A stretch of 64,000 nt of DNA, taken from Nemertoderma westbladi (lineage: Eukaryota; Animalia; Xenacoelomorpha). The position numbers and the translations under genes were made by a program. Under the pieces are notes generated by a model that worked only from the letters and a program-made list of their open reading frames with translations, had not been told where the DNA came from and searched no databases. Below, piece after piece: positions 26,087 through 41,000 of the stretch. Position 1 is the stretch's first letter, and the number at the start of each line of letters is the position of its first letter. The stretch covers positions 19,472 to 83,471 of the forward strand of contig JAUCBJ010005774.1 of the NCBI GenBank assembly GCA_032718475.1, written 5' to 3'.

Positions 26087-29000
26087 AATAAAAAACTCAT
26101 TCGTAAATAACTTTAGAAGATTTTAACCATCTTCAAACCAAATTTTGTATGTGCTGGGCATACTAGAGGAAAAGTTCCAATATTTTTTAAAGTTACGGGC
26201 AAATACCTATTGAAATTTTGACTCCAGATCAAATCGAACCTGTTTCGAACTTGCTCAAGTTCGCGTGCTGCGCGACGCCCCACGAACGTGTTATTTATTA
26301 GCTCTGATAAAGATTATGTGGAAACTTTTATAGCTTATGCTTTTGTATACATTTGGTGGTCAGACGTTATGGTCGTTAAATATAAAACGAGAGAATCACA
26401 AACTCGTAGACTTACCTTCGTCCTTGTCCCAGGCCTGTATCCTAGCAACCCATGTGTCTACCGGTTTGCTCTCCAGCACCCCGTGCGCGCCCTCTAGTAT
26501 TGGCGGGAAGCTGGGCGGCCAATCGTTGGCGTCACTCACCATCACCGTAACCCGGGAGCTGCACCGACGACCTCCGGTGTCCATGGCAACCGCAGTCAAT
26601 TCGTACAGATCCACGGTCTCCCTATCGAGCCGTGTTGCCGTGACAACCGTACCTAAGTGAAGGAAGTTTACAATCACACATTTATACATTCTAGCGAAAT
26701 TTATTCTAAAAATTAATAAAAATTTAACGAAAATGCCTGTCTGATCTCTTTGTTTCGTTTTGAAATATACGAAAGAAATTACATTATTAAACAATATAAT
26801 AGCCTCACCATTTTCCTTTCCGATGTCAAAATGATGCGCAAATTGTCCCTCCAATGAATAGCTGATTGCCGCATTATCTCCAACATCTCGGTCAGTGGCA
26901 GACAAATTAGCCACACCCAATCCAGGTGGCATATTCTCCGCCACCTCAGCAGTCACATATTGCTAGGAGACGAAACAAACAAATAATTACCTGTTAGATG
27001 CTCTAGTAACTAAATACGAAATGTTTACAAAAGGAGTTTGTATTCTTTGGAAACAGAAACTGGTAGAAAACAAGAAACCATTAACAACATCTGTGGCGCA
27101 GTGGCGGTTTAATATATGTGGTGTCATTTAATCTATGGGTCCTTTAGCCACACTTTTAGACGATAACTTTATTGAAATATTAAGATAATTACAACTACAG
27201 AGTTAAAGAAACACAAGTAAACACCAGTAAAAAAATGTAATAAACAAACAAATATAGAAATGAGAAGAGAAAAATAACATAGAGTTAACAGAAAAGCTAG
27301 AAATATAAACTGAAACTTATAGAAACTGAGGTTTATAAATAGCAATGCGAATATATTGTTTATTTTTAGTTAGAATAACACCCGAGGGATTCAAGGGTTA
27401 AAACACGTAGTTAACAAAAACATTGAAACAAAGACTAAATGATTTGTAAACAATAGAATGTAAATACCTGAGTGTACCAATCCAGAGATGGAAGCTTTAA
27501 TTAAAATTACAAAAGTTTGTTAGTTAATGTGATATTTACAGTCTCCGGTGATTTAATAATCATAGTTAAAATTGTAGATAAATTTCACACCCACTCATAT
27601 GTAGGAATCCGGCTAAATTACATCTTTCCTGCGCTTTAGGGAAACTCAATTATCAGAGTCTAACATTGATACTTACTTGATCACATACGGGAGAATTGTC
27701 ATTAACGTCAGTAATTTCCACGATTAGTGTTGCTATGGCAGCGAATCTACCATCAGTAACAACGATTTCCATATTGTAAACCTAAAAAAACACAGGAATA
27801 GTACAAAGGTGTAACGACAACATTTAATTAACTTAGAAATAAAACACTAAGAAGTGTTCTACCCTTGTACGTCTTTATTCCTGAATCTCCTTCACATACA
27901 ATACACTGACATTGACAGACTGGTTTTCTCTTAAAATCTGTGAATTCCACATCCAACTGCTTTCACTAACCTCTATCGATTCTCTATCCAACCGCTGGGT
28001 GGTGTACCTATACACTAACCTCCATTGATTATCTATCGAACCGCTGGGTGGTGTACCTATACACTAACCTCTATCGATTCTCTATCCAACCGCTGGGTGG
28101 TGTACCTATACACTAACCTCCATTGATTCTCTATCGAACCGCAGGGTGGTGTACCTATACACTAACTTCTATTGATTCTCTATCGAACCGCTGGGTGGTG
28201 TACCTATACACTAACCTCCATTGATTCTCTATCGAACCGCTGGGTGGTGTACCTATACACTAACCTCCATTGATTCTCTATCGAACCGCTGGGTGGTGTA
28301 CCTATACACTAACCTCCATTGATTCTCTATCCAACCGCTGGGTGGTGTACCTATATACTAACCTCCATTGATTATCTATCGAACCCCTGGGTGGTGTACC
28401 TATACACTAACCTCCATTGATTCCCTATCGAACCGCTGGGTGGTGTACCTATATACTAACTTCCATTGATTCTCGATCCAACCGCTGGGTGGTGTACCTA
28501 TACACTAACTTCCATTGATTATCTATCGAACCCCTGGGTGGTGTACCTATACACTAACCTCCATTGATTCCCTATCGAACCGCTGGGTGGTGTACCTATA
28601 TACTAACTTCCATTGATTCTCGATCCAACCGCTGGGTGGTGTACCTATACACTAACCTCCATTGATTCTCTATCGAACCGCTGGGTGGTGTACCTATACA
28701 CTAACTTCCATTGATTCTCTATCCAACCGCTTGGTGGTGTACCTATACACTAACCTCCATTGATTATCTATCCCACCACTGGGTGGTGTACACTAACCTC
28801 CATTGATTCCCTATCCAACCACTGGGTGGCACACTAAACACCATTGATACCTTATCCAACCGCTAGGTGGTGTACACTAACCTCCATTGATTCTCTATCC
28901 AACCGCTGGGTGGTGTACACTAACCTCCAATGATGCCCTGTCCAACCACTGGGTGGCACACTAAACACAATTGATTCCCTATCCAACCGCTAGGTGATGT

Positions 29001-32000
29001 ACACTAACCTCCATTGATTCTCTATCCAACCGCTGGGTGGTGTACACTTTCCCTGTTTCCGAATCAATATTAAAGTGGCCGCGAGTATCTGTACCCCCGA
29101 CGATATAATAACGTAATGTTTTGCTGGCCTCGGTATCTACAGCAACCATAGTATAAACAAACGTTCCTAAAATGGAAAATCCATTATTTAACGATTCATT
29201 AAATAATAATGGTTGATTTATGAACTCTTGTCAGTTTGAATTGTATGTTACCCTTATACAAGGATTTCTTAGGTTCGATACAAGTCAGTGCCATATGGTA
29301 GCACACTTATGTAGCACACATTGACCACAGACAGATAGACATACTGGAGCAATAATACATAACCCCCACCATCTGGGTAGCATATGCTCATCCCCCTGTT
29401 TTCATTTAGGGGTGCAGAAACACGGTCAACCGAATCAACACGACCAAAAGGCAACAAAAATAAATTCAATGTACAATCTGGTGACTCTATCATTGAAGCA
29501 TGAAGTCTTCCTAAACATTTTAGAACATACTTGTTTGTGAAACTTAATATGTATTAAAAACCGTTACAATATTTATCAAATAAACCGTAGAACTCACCGG
29601 GTAATTGGTCTTCAGTCACTTGGGTCCTATATGTTGCCTGACCGTCGCTAGACCTCCTCGTCCGCCCGTCACTAGGTAACGGGATGCTGTCGCTAGGGAA
29701 TGAAGGAGGCGAGTCGTTGCTATCCACTACGGACACGACCACAGTGGCGGTGGAGGTAAACCGTAATGACTCGCCCGTATCCGTGGCAACCACTAGTAAA
29801 TTAACTTCAGGAGAGACCTCATAGTCAAGTGGAGTGTCGAGGAAAACCCATCTGAGAGAGGAGATGAGATAAGTGTATACCGTGGAAAGTGTACAAGTAC
29901 ATGGGGAAAATGCGTGCAAGTGCAATAAGACGCTACCATAATGCCTCACCATTATTGCTTTATTATATTACCTGGTATCTACATACACTCCCTCCACCTA
30001 CTGCCTATTAATTATCACTTCGACCCCACCCAACCCATAGTGCTGTAAATTACAAATAATATTACAAGTAATACTCTCTTTCACCACTTTTATATGCTCT
30101 ATTTTTAGCTGTATTGTACTTATCGTTATGTATTGGTTGGTGATTCTCTCTCGGTCATCTTCCTCTAACTCACCCAGACACCGGATCCACAGTAAACCCG
30201 TTCCCTTCCTCCTCCAACTCACCCACTCACCGGATCCACAGTAAACCCGCTCCCTTCATCCTCCAACTCACCGGATCCACAGTAAACCCACTCCCTTCCT
30301 CCTCCAACTCACCGGATCCACAGTAAACCCGTTCCCTTCCTCCTCCAACTCACCCAATCACCGGATCCACAGTAAACCCGCTCCCTTTCTCCTCCAACTC
30401 ACCGGATCCACAGTAAACCCGTTCCCTTCCTCCTCCAACTCACCGGATCCACAGTAAACCCGTTCCCTTCCTCCTCCAACTCACCCAATCACCGGATCCA
30501 CAGTAAACCCGCTCCCTTCATCCTCCAACTCACCCAGTAACCGGATCCACAGTAAACCCGCTCCCTTCCTCCTCCAACTCACCGGATCCACAGTAAACCC
30601 GCTCCCTTCATCCTCCAACTCACCCAGTAACCGGATCCACAGTAAACCCGCTCCCTTCCTCCTCCAACTCACCGGATCCACAGTAAACCCGTTCCCTTCC
30701 TCCTCCAACTCACCCAATCACCGGATCCACAGTAAACCCGCTCCCTTCATCCTCCAACTCACCCAGTAACCGGATCCACAGTAAACCCGTTCCCTTCCTC
30801 CTCCAACTCACCCAATCACCGGATCCACAGTAAACCCGCTCCCTTTCTCCTCCAACTCACCCAGTAACCGGATCCACAGTAAACCCGTTCCCTTCCTCCT
30901 CCAACTCACCCAATCACCGGATCCACAGTAAACCCGCTCCCTTTCTCCTCCAACTCACCGGATCTACAGTAAACCCGCTCCCTTCCTCCTCCAACTCACC
31001 CAGTAACCGGATCCACAGTAAACCCGTTCCCTTCCTCCTCCAACTCACCCAATCACCGGATCCACAGTAAACCCGCTCCCTTTCTCCTCCAACTCACCCA
31101 GTAACCGGATCCACAGTAAACCCGTTCCCTTCCTCCTCCAACTCACCCAATCACCGGATCCACAGTAAACCCGCTCCCTTTCTCCTCCAACTCACCGGAT
31201 CTACAGTAAACCCGCTCCCTTCCTCCTCCAACTCACCCAGTAACCGGATCCACAGTAAACCCGTTCCCTTCCTCCTCCAACTCACCCAATCACCGGATCC
31301 ACAGTAAACCCGCTCGCTTTCTCCTCCAACTCACCGGATCCACAGTAAACCCGCTCCCTTCCTCCTCCAACTCACCCAATCACCGGATCCACAGTAAACC
31401 CGCTCCCTTCCTCCTCCAACTCACCTAGTCACCGGATCCACAGTAAACCCGTTCCCTTCCTCCTCCAACTCACCTAGTCACCGGATCCACAGTAAACCCG
31501 TTCCCTTCCTACTCCAACTCACCCAATCACCGGATCCACAGTAAACCCGCTCCCTTCCTCCTCCAACTCACCCAGTCACCGGATCCACAGTAAACCCGCT
31601 CCCTTCCTCCTCCAACACACCCAGTCTACGGATCCACAGTAAACCCGCTCCCTTCCTCCTCCAACACACCCAGTCAACGGATCCACAGTAAAGCCGCTCC
31701 CTTCCTCCTCCAACTCACCGGATCCACAGTAAACCCGCTCCCTTCCTCCTCCAACTCACCCAGTCACCGGATCCACAGTAAACCCGCTCCCTTCCTCCTC
31801 CAACTCACCCAGTCACCGGATCCACAGTAAACCCGCTCCCTTCCTCCTCCAACTCACCCAGTCACCGGATCCACAGTAAACCCGCTCCCTTCCTCCTGCA
31901 ACTCACCCAGTAAACGGATCCACAGTAAACCCGCTCCCTTCCTCCTCCAACTCACCCAGTAACCGGATCCACAGTAAACCCGCTCCCTTCCTCCTCCAAC

Positions 32001-35000
32001 TCACCCAGTAACCGGATCCACAGTAAACCCGCTCCCTTCCTCCTCCAACTCACCCAGTAACCGGATCCACAGTAAACCCGCTCCCTTCCTCCTGCAACTC
32101 ACCCAGTAAACGGATCCACAGTAAACCCGCTCCCTTCCTCCTCCAACTCACCCAGTAACCGGATCCACAGTAAACCCGCTCCCTTCCTCCTCCAACTCAC
32201 CCAGTAACCGGATCCACAGTAAACCCGCTCCCTTCCTCCTCCAACTCACCCAGTAACCGGATCCACAGTAAACCCGCTCCCTTCCTCCTCCAACTCACCC
32301 AGTCACCGGATCCACAGTAAACCCGCTCCCTTCCTCCTCCAACTCACCCAGTAACCGGATCCACAGTAAACCCGCTCCCTTCCTCCTCCAACTTACCCAG
32401 TCACCGGATCCACAGTAAACCCGCTCCCTTCCTCCTCCAACTCACCCAGTAACCGGATCCACAGTAAACCCGCTCCCTTCCTCCTCCAACTTACCCAGTC
32501 ACCGGATCCACAGTAAACCCGCTCCCTTCCTCCTCCAACTCACCCAGTAACCGGATCCACAGTAAACCCGCTCCCTTCCTCCTCCAACTCACCCAGTAAC
32601 CGGATCCACAGTAAACCCGCTCCCTTACTCCTCCAACTCACCGGATCCACAGTAAACCCGCTCCCTTCCTCCTCCAACTCACCGGATCCACAGTAAACCC
32701 GCTCCCTTCCTCCTCCAACTCACCCAGTAACCGGATCCACAGTAAACCCGCTCCCTTCCTCCTCCAACTCACCCAGTAACCGGATCCACAGTAAACCCGC
32801 TCCCTTCCTCCTCCAACTTACCCAGTCACCGGATCCACAGTAAACCCGCTCCCTTCCTCCTCCAACTCACCCAGTAACCGGATCCACAGTAAACCCGCTC
32901 CCTTCCTCCTCGAACTTACCCAGTCACCGGATCTACAGTAAACCCGCTCCCTTCCTCCTCCAACTCACCCAGTAACCGGATCCACAGTAAACCCGCTCCC
33001 TTCCTCCTCCAACTCACCCAGTAACCGGATCCACAGTAAACCCGCTCCCTTACTCCTCCAACTCACCGGATCCACAGTAAACCCGCTCCCTTCATCCTCC
33101 AACTTACCCAGTCACCGGATCCACAGTAAACCCGCTCCTCCCTTCCTCCTCCAACTCACCCAGTAACCGGATCCACAGTAAACCCGCTCCCTTCCTCCTC
33201 CAACTCACCGAGTCACCGGATCCACAGTAAACCCGCTCCCTTAATCCTCCAACTTACCCAGTCACCAGATCCACAGTAAACCCGCTCCCTTCCTCCTCCA
33301 ACTCACCCAGTAACCGGATCCACAGTAAACCCGCTCCCTTCCTCCTCCAACTCACCCAGTAACCGGATCCACAGTAAACCCGCTCCCTTCCTCCTCCAAC
33401 TTACCCAGTCACCGGATCCACAGTAAACCCGCTCCCTTCCTCCTCCAACTCACCCAGTAACCGGATCCACAGTAAACCCGCTCCCTTCCTCCTCCAACTT
33501 ACCCAGTCACCGGATCCACAGTAAACCCGCTCCCTTCCTCCTCCAACTCACACAGTAACCGGATCCACAGTAAACCCGCTCCCTTCCTCCTCCAACTCAC
33601 CCAGTAACCGGATCCACAGTAAACCCGCTCCCTTACTCCTCCAACTCACCGGATCCACAGTAAACCCGCTCCCTTCATCCTCCAACTTACCCAGTCACCG
33701 GATCCACAGTAAACCCGCTCCCTTCCTCCTCCAACTCACCCAGTAACCGGATCCACAGTAAACCCGCTCCCTTCCTCCTCCAACTCACCGAGTCACCGGA
33801 TCCACAGTAAACCCGCTCCCTTCCTCCTCCAACACACCGGATCCACACTAAACCCGCTCCCTTCCTCCTCCAACACACCCACCCAGTCACCGGATCCACA
33901 GTAAACCCGCTCCCTTTCTCCTCTAACTCACCGGATCCACAGTAAACCCGCTCCCTTCCTCCTCCAACTCACCCAGTCACCGGATCCACAGTAAACCCGT
34001 TCCCTTCCTCCTCCAACTCACCCTGTCACCGGATCCACATTAAACCCACTCCCTTCCTCGTCCAACTCACCCTGTCACCGGATCCACAGTAAACCCGCTC
34101 CCTTCCTCCTCCAACTCACCCGGTCACCGGATCCACAGTAAACCCGCTCCCTTCATCCTCCAACTCACCGGATCCACAGTAAACCCGCTCCCTTCCTCCT
34201 CCAACTCACCCAGTAACCGGATCCACAGTAAACCCGCTCCCTTCCTCCTCCAACTTACCCAGTCACCGGATCCACATTAAACCCACTCCCTTCCTCGTCC
34301 AACTCACCCTGTCACCGGATCCACAGTAAACCCGCTCCCTTCCTCCTCCAACTCACCCGGTCACCGGATCCACAGTAAACCCGCTCCCTTCATCCTCCAA
34401 CTCACCGGATCCACAGTAAACCCGCTCCCTTCCTCCTCCAACTTACCCAGTCACCGGATCCACATTAAACCCACTCCCTTCCTCGTCCAACTCACCCTGT
34501 CACCGGATCCACAGTAAACCCGCTCCCTTCCTCCTCCAACTCACCCGGTCACCGGATCCACAGTAAACCCGCTCCCTTCATCCTCCAACTCACCGGATCC
34601 ACAGTAAACCCGCTCCCTTCCTCCTCCAACTCACCCAGTCACCGGATCCACAGTAAACCCGTTCCCTTCCTCCTCCAACTCACCCTGTCACCGGATCCAC
34701 ATTAAACCCACTCCCTTCCTCGTCCAACTCACCCTGTCACCGGATCCACAGTAAACCCGCTCCCTTCCTCCTCCAACTCACCCGGTCACCGGATCCACAG
34801 TAAACCCGCTCCCTTCATCCTCCAACTCACCGGATCCACAGTAAACCCGCTCCCTTCCTCCTCCAACTCACCCAGTAACCGGATCCACAGTAAACCCGCT
34901 CCCTTCCTCCTCCAACTCACCCAGTAACCGGATCCACAGTAAACCCGCTCCCTTCCTCCTCCAACTCACCCAGTCATCGGATCCACAGTAAACCCACTCC

Positions 35001-38000
35001 CTTCATCCTCCAACTCACCGGATCCACAGTAAACCCGCTCCCTTCCTCCTCCAACACACCCAGTGACCGGATCCACAGTAAACCCGCTCCCTTTCTCCTC
35101 CAACACACCGGATCCACAGTAAACCCGCTCCCTTCCTCCTCCAACTCACCCAATCACCGGATCCACAGTAAACCCGCTCCCTTCCTCCTCCAACTCACCC
35201 AGTAACCGGATCCACAGTAAACCCGCTCCCTTCCTCCTCCAACTCACCGAGTCACCGGATCCACAGTAAACCCGCTCCTTTCCTCCTCCAACACACCCAG
35301 TCACCGGATACACAGTAAACCCACTCCCTTCCTCCTCCAACTCACCGGATCCACAGTAAACCCGCTCCCTTCCTCCTCCAACTCACCCAATCATCGGATC
35401 CACAGTAAACCCGCTCCCTTCATCCTCCAACTCACCGGATCCACAGTAAACCCGCTCCCTTCATCCTCCAACTCACCTAGTCACCGGATCCACAGTAAAC
35501 CCGCTCCCTTCATCCACCAACTCACCCAGTCACCGGATCCACAGTAAACCCGCTCCCTTCCTCCTCCAACTCACCTAGTCACCGGATCCACAGTAAACCC
35601 GCTCCCTTCCTCCTCCAACTCACCCAGTCACCGGATCCACAGTAAACCCGCTCCCTTCCTCCTCCAACTCACCTAGTCACCGGATCCACAGTAAACCCGC
35701 TCCCTTCCTCCTCCAACTCACCGGATCCACAGTAAACCCGCTCCCTTCCTCCTCCAACTCACCCAGTCACCGGATCCACAGTAAACCCGCTCCCTTCCTC
35801 CTCCAACTCACCTAGTCACCGGATCCACAGTAAACCCGCTCCCTTCCTCCTCCAACTCACCCAGTCACCGGATCCACAGTAAACCCGCTCCCTTCCTCCT
35901 CCAACTCACCGGATCCACAGTAAACCCGCTCCCTTCCTCCTCCAACTCACCTAGTCACCGGATCCACAGTAAACCCGCTCCCTTCCTCCTCCAACTCACC
36001 TAGTCACCGGATCCACAGTAAACCCGCTCCCTTCCTCCTCCAACTCACCGGATCCACAGTAAACCCGCTCCCTTCCTCCTCCAACTCACCCAGTCACCGG
36101 ATCCACTGTAAACCCGCTCCCTTCCTCCTCCAACTCACCGGATCCACAGTAAACCCGCTCCCTTCCTCCTCCAACTCACCTAGTCACCGGATCCACAGTA
36201 AACCCGCTCCCTTCCTCCTCCAACTCACCTAGTCACCGGATCCACAGTAAACCCGCTCCCTTCCTCCTCCAACTCACCGGATCCACAGTAAACCCGCTCC
36301 CTTCCTCCTCCAACTCACCTAGTCACCGGATCCACAGTAAACCCGCTCCCTTCCTCCTCCAACTCACCTAGTCACCGGATCCACAGTAAACCCGCTCCCT
36401 TCCTCCTCCAACTCACCCTGTCACCGGATCCACAGTAAACACGCTCCCTTCCTCCTCCAACTCACCGAGTCACCGGATCCACAGTAAACCCGCTCCCTTC
36501 CTCCTCCAACACACCCAGTGACCGGATCCACAGTAAACCCGCTCCCTTCCTCCTCCAACTCACCCAGTGACCGGATCCACAGTAAACCCGCTCCCTTCCT
36601 CCTCCAACTCACCCTGTCACCGGATCCACAGTAAACACGCTCCCTTCCTCCTCCAACTCACCGAGTCACCGGATCCACAGTAAACCCGCTCCCTTCCTCC
36701 TCCAACTCACACAATCACCGGATCCACAGTAAACCCGCTCCCTTCCTCCTCCAACTCACCCTGTCACCGGATCCACAGTAAACACGCTCCCTTCCTCCTC
36801 CAACTCACCGAGTCACCGGATCCACAGTAAACCCGCTCCCTTCCTCCTCCAACACACCCAGTGACCGGATCCACAGTAAACCCGCTCCCTTCCTCCTCCA
36901 ACTCACCCTGTCACCGGATCCACAGTAAACACGCTCCCTTCCTCCTCCAACTCACCGAGTCACCGGATCCACAGTAAACCCGCTCCCTTCCTCCTCCAAC
37001 ACACCCAGTGACCGGATCCACAGTAAACCCACTCCCTTACTCCTCCAACTCACCGGATCCACAGTAAACCCGCTCCCTTCCTCCTCCAACTCACCCAGTC
37101 ACCGGATCCACAGTAAACCCGCTCCCTTCCTCCTCCAACTCACCCAGTCACCGGATCCACAGTAAACCCGCTCCCTTCCTCCTCCAACTCACCGGATCCA
37201 CAGTAAACCCGCTCCCTTCCTCCTCCAACTCACCTAGTCACCGGATCCACAGTAAACCCGCTCCCTTCCTCCTGCAACTCACCCAGTCACCGGATCCACA
37301 GTAAACCCGCTCCCTTCCTCCTCCAACTCACCCAGTAACCGGATCCACAGTAAACCCGCTCCCTTCCTCCTCCAACTCACCGGATCCACAGTAAACCCGC
37401 TCCCTTCCTCCTCCAACTCACCTAGTCACCGGATCCACAGTAAACCCGCTCCCTTCCTCCTGCAACTCACCCAGTCACCGGATCCACAGTAAACCCGCTC
37501 CCTTCCTCCTCCAACTCACCCAGCAACCGGATCCACAGTAAACCCGCTCCCTTCCTCCTCCAACTCACCGGATCCACAGTAAACCCGCTCCCTTCCTCCT
37601 CCAACTCACCTAGTCACCGGATCCACAGTAAACCCGCTCCCTTCCTCCTGCAACTCACCCAGTCACCGGATCCACAGTAAACCCGCTCCCTTCCTCCTCC
37701 AACTCACCGGATCCACAGTAAACCCGCTCCCTTCCTCCTCCAACTCACCCAGTCACCGGATCCACAGTAAACCCGCTCCCTTCCTCCTCCACTGCGTAGA
37801 CGACTTTTCCGTTCCGACCCCCATCCGCGTCCGTTGCTCGCACCCGGACCACCGGATCCCCCGGACGAGCGTTCTCCGACGCCACCACGCGGTACGTTAA
37901 CGAATCGAATCGCGGAGGATTGTCGTTGACATCGATGACACCGATTCCCACTGTTGTATAGACAACCATAGGTGGACTGGTTGCTGTCTCGGCCTACAAA

Positions 38001-41000
38001 AAAGCGATAGATCCTATAATTGATAGCTGAAATAATATTTTATTGTAAGTGACTCTGTAAGGAGGCCTTATAGAACATCGTCCAGACCCGGTCCGAAATC
38101 CTCCATTATAGCTAATCCATCAACTCTTCACCAAATTTAATGACTACAATTAATTAATTTAAAATAAACATTATATACAAATGGTGTGCTATAAAATATA
38201 AATATAAGTACAATATATATAATAAATTATTATAAAAATATTACAGCAAAACAAAGTCAATCACATTATCATATTCGCAGTGCGGTCCCCTCAGAATTAT
38301 ACTCCCCAGAGGAAACTCCAGTACCCATTTAGCTACCATTTAAGTATGCGAGGCAGATATGCGACCTTATCGCTAGTTCCTTTAAAGCATTTGTGTCGAA
38401 AGTAAAACTACACTGGGATCACAACCCACTTCAGGGGTCGAACCCACGACCTCCAACGCAAAGGATTTAACGACTACACCAAGGTGGGACTAAAAAATAA
38501 TTTTAATTATGAATATTACCTTAACGGTGAGTGAGTGGGTGGTTTTGGCTTCGTAGTCAAACGGACCAGCTACGAGAATGGTCCCGTCTAGAGGGTCGAT
38601 AACGAAAGGAGAAACCGGGTCACTAGGACACGGGACTATCGAGTAGCCAATAGCATCCGTCGTACGATTCATAGCGGTTACCTTACCAACCTGGAATATT
38701 TGAGTTAATTTAAACTTTAGTAACTTAATAAATGAACAGTTTATTCCACTTTTCACTTTATTTCCGTATTGTTTTTATCTTCTCGTACCTGTAGTGTACG
38801 ATTTATCAGGTCTAACGACAATACATTTGAGGTTCCGAAATGTTTTTAATATAATTTTAAAGGATTAAATAAATAAGTGTTGATTAATATATTTATTCAA
38901 TTTTTGTGTTGAAATGTGAAAGGCGTTATTGAACCATGGCTGTGGCACTGTTTGGGCCTCTTCAGTAGCGCTAACTCGTTCAAGCTGACTCAGTTCCACA
39001 AGATAATAGTCCCCCGTTGCTAATTATTTAGTATGTTGCATTTCCTCCTATCTATCTCTAACTAAAAGCCGACCTACTGATCTTAGTCAAGAAAAAACTT
39101 CGATATTATGGGGCGAGCCACGAGGTAAGGGAACCTTAGCATACAGTTTATTACGGGTCAAATCAAGCCGGCCTGTCTGCCTGTCCGTCAGTCAGTTTGT
39201 CTATCCGTATGTTTAACTGGTATGCCTGTAGGTGTGGTATACCGAAAGTTTAGCTCATTCTAGTAGTAACTATAATACATTCCACTGTATCACTGACCTC
39301 CGTGTCTATAGGAACTGTTTCCTCCAATGAGAATTCGTAGTGATCCGATTCAAAGGAAGGCGGGGCATCCTCATTGGATATCATAATAATCTCCAAGGCG
39401 ACATCAGCAGAACGAGGAGGAGTTCCTTTGTCGGTGGCGCGGATGAACAGTTGGAACACATGGGTTGCTAGGCAACAATAACAACAATAGTACTTTTAAC
39501 AAGGAAATTGAATTATATTTTGATTACGAATAGGGACATCAAAAACTAAACATTGGAGGTAAATAAAATGTAGCTCGATATATAAATATATATATATATA
39601 CAAAATCTCTAAAATAAACACAATTACTTTTCAACTTACTGTCGACATTTATAGGAGTCAGAATGGATATAATTCCGGTAGTTGGTTGGATGGTGAACAT
39701 CTGTTTCAACGGACTCGAATCCTTCTCATATATTGAGTAACTAAGCAACCCATTGTCGCCAGCGTCTGAGTCACTTGCCCGCACCTTCAAATTAATATTA
39801 CTTTGTATTAGTTAATTCATATTAATATGAATTCGCAGATGTTGACAAGTTAACTTTTACAAAACCTTCTTAACATCTTAGTTATGGTTTTAAAATGGGG
39901 GTGAGAGAGGGGGGGGGGGGGGGGGGGGGGTAACCAGTGTTTAAAATGAACCATTGAGTGAAGAAGCAGGTTGATGGCAGTCTTACAAACCAAAACAATA
40001 AACCAATTTCCAATTCTGTTGCGATTAATTCTCCCCCCCCTTATATTTTTAAGACAAATAGGTCCTATGGGAAAATGATAAAATGGAAGGTTGTAGGAAT
40101 TCCTGGTACTGCAGTACATTTACCATAGTGTCCCTCTCACCTGCAGCACTTTATCACCTACAGATGCGTTCACGGCCACATTAACGGTGTATTCGGTAAC
40201 ATCCCACACCGGAGCATTATCATTCTCATCCGTTACCAATAGAGTGACCGTAGTAAACCCAACCAAGCCTCCCCCATCGGTAACCGTTACAGGTATACTA
40301 ATGTTACGTTGAGTAACATTCTCCCTATCCAACATATCCAACGTCCACAATTCCCCTGAAACAAAAATTAACTAATTTGTTAAAAAATTATAGAAATTTA
40401 AATACATTTTATAAAATGTATAAGACGTCCAAGTACCAATTAGTAATAAACAGTAACAATCCAATACTACTACTACTAGGATCGGCATGCTGCATTGCAG
40501 CTGCATTTTTAAGAATGCTGTGCCGGCTTGTCAACAAAATTGCACCGCCACAACTCCCTATCACCCATGACATTTGCTAGATCATCCGCATCTTCAAGGC
40601 CAGTGTCCTTTAAGATGCGTCTCAAGAAAGTCATGGGCTGTCCACCATGCTTATTCACTCCATGAGGCTGCCAAAGTACAAGATTATGCACTGGCTGGTC
40701 CTCACGGCGAAAGCAATGTCCTGCAAAGCGGAGGCGATTTTGTTCTAGTGTCAAGCTTGGGGGAACCAATGAGACACCTCCAATGTTATATAGTGTCTGG
40801 TTGGAGATGTGTGCATTGTACTTGACACAATGAACCCGGCGTAGCATTCTTGTGAATGTGCCATCCAGAGATTGGGTGTCAACAATCCAATGGGAGGCGG
40901 TTTAATATTAATATAGTTCAAAGGTAGGCTATACAGTAAGGTTACAGTATACAACACAGCATTTGTACTATTCTATTTTTAATTTCGCAAATAAATAATA

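Noticed and set aside
30481-36612. Short ORFs in the 49/41-bp array treated as extra cadherin exons
   Set aside because: They only re-read the duplicated exon end in shifting frames; no convincing acceptor; flanking true exons already join in phase
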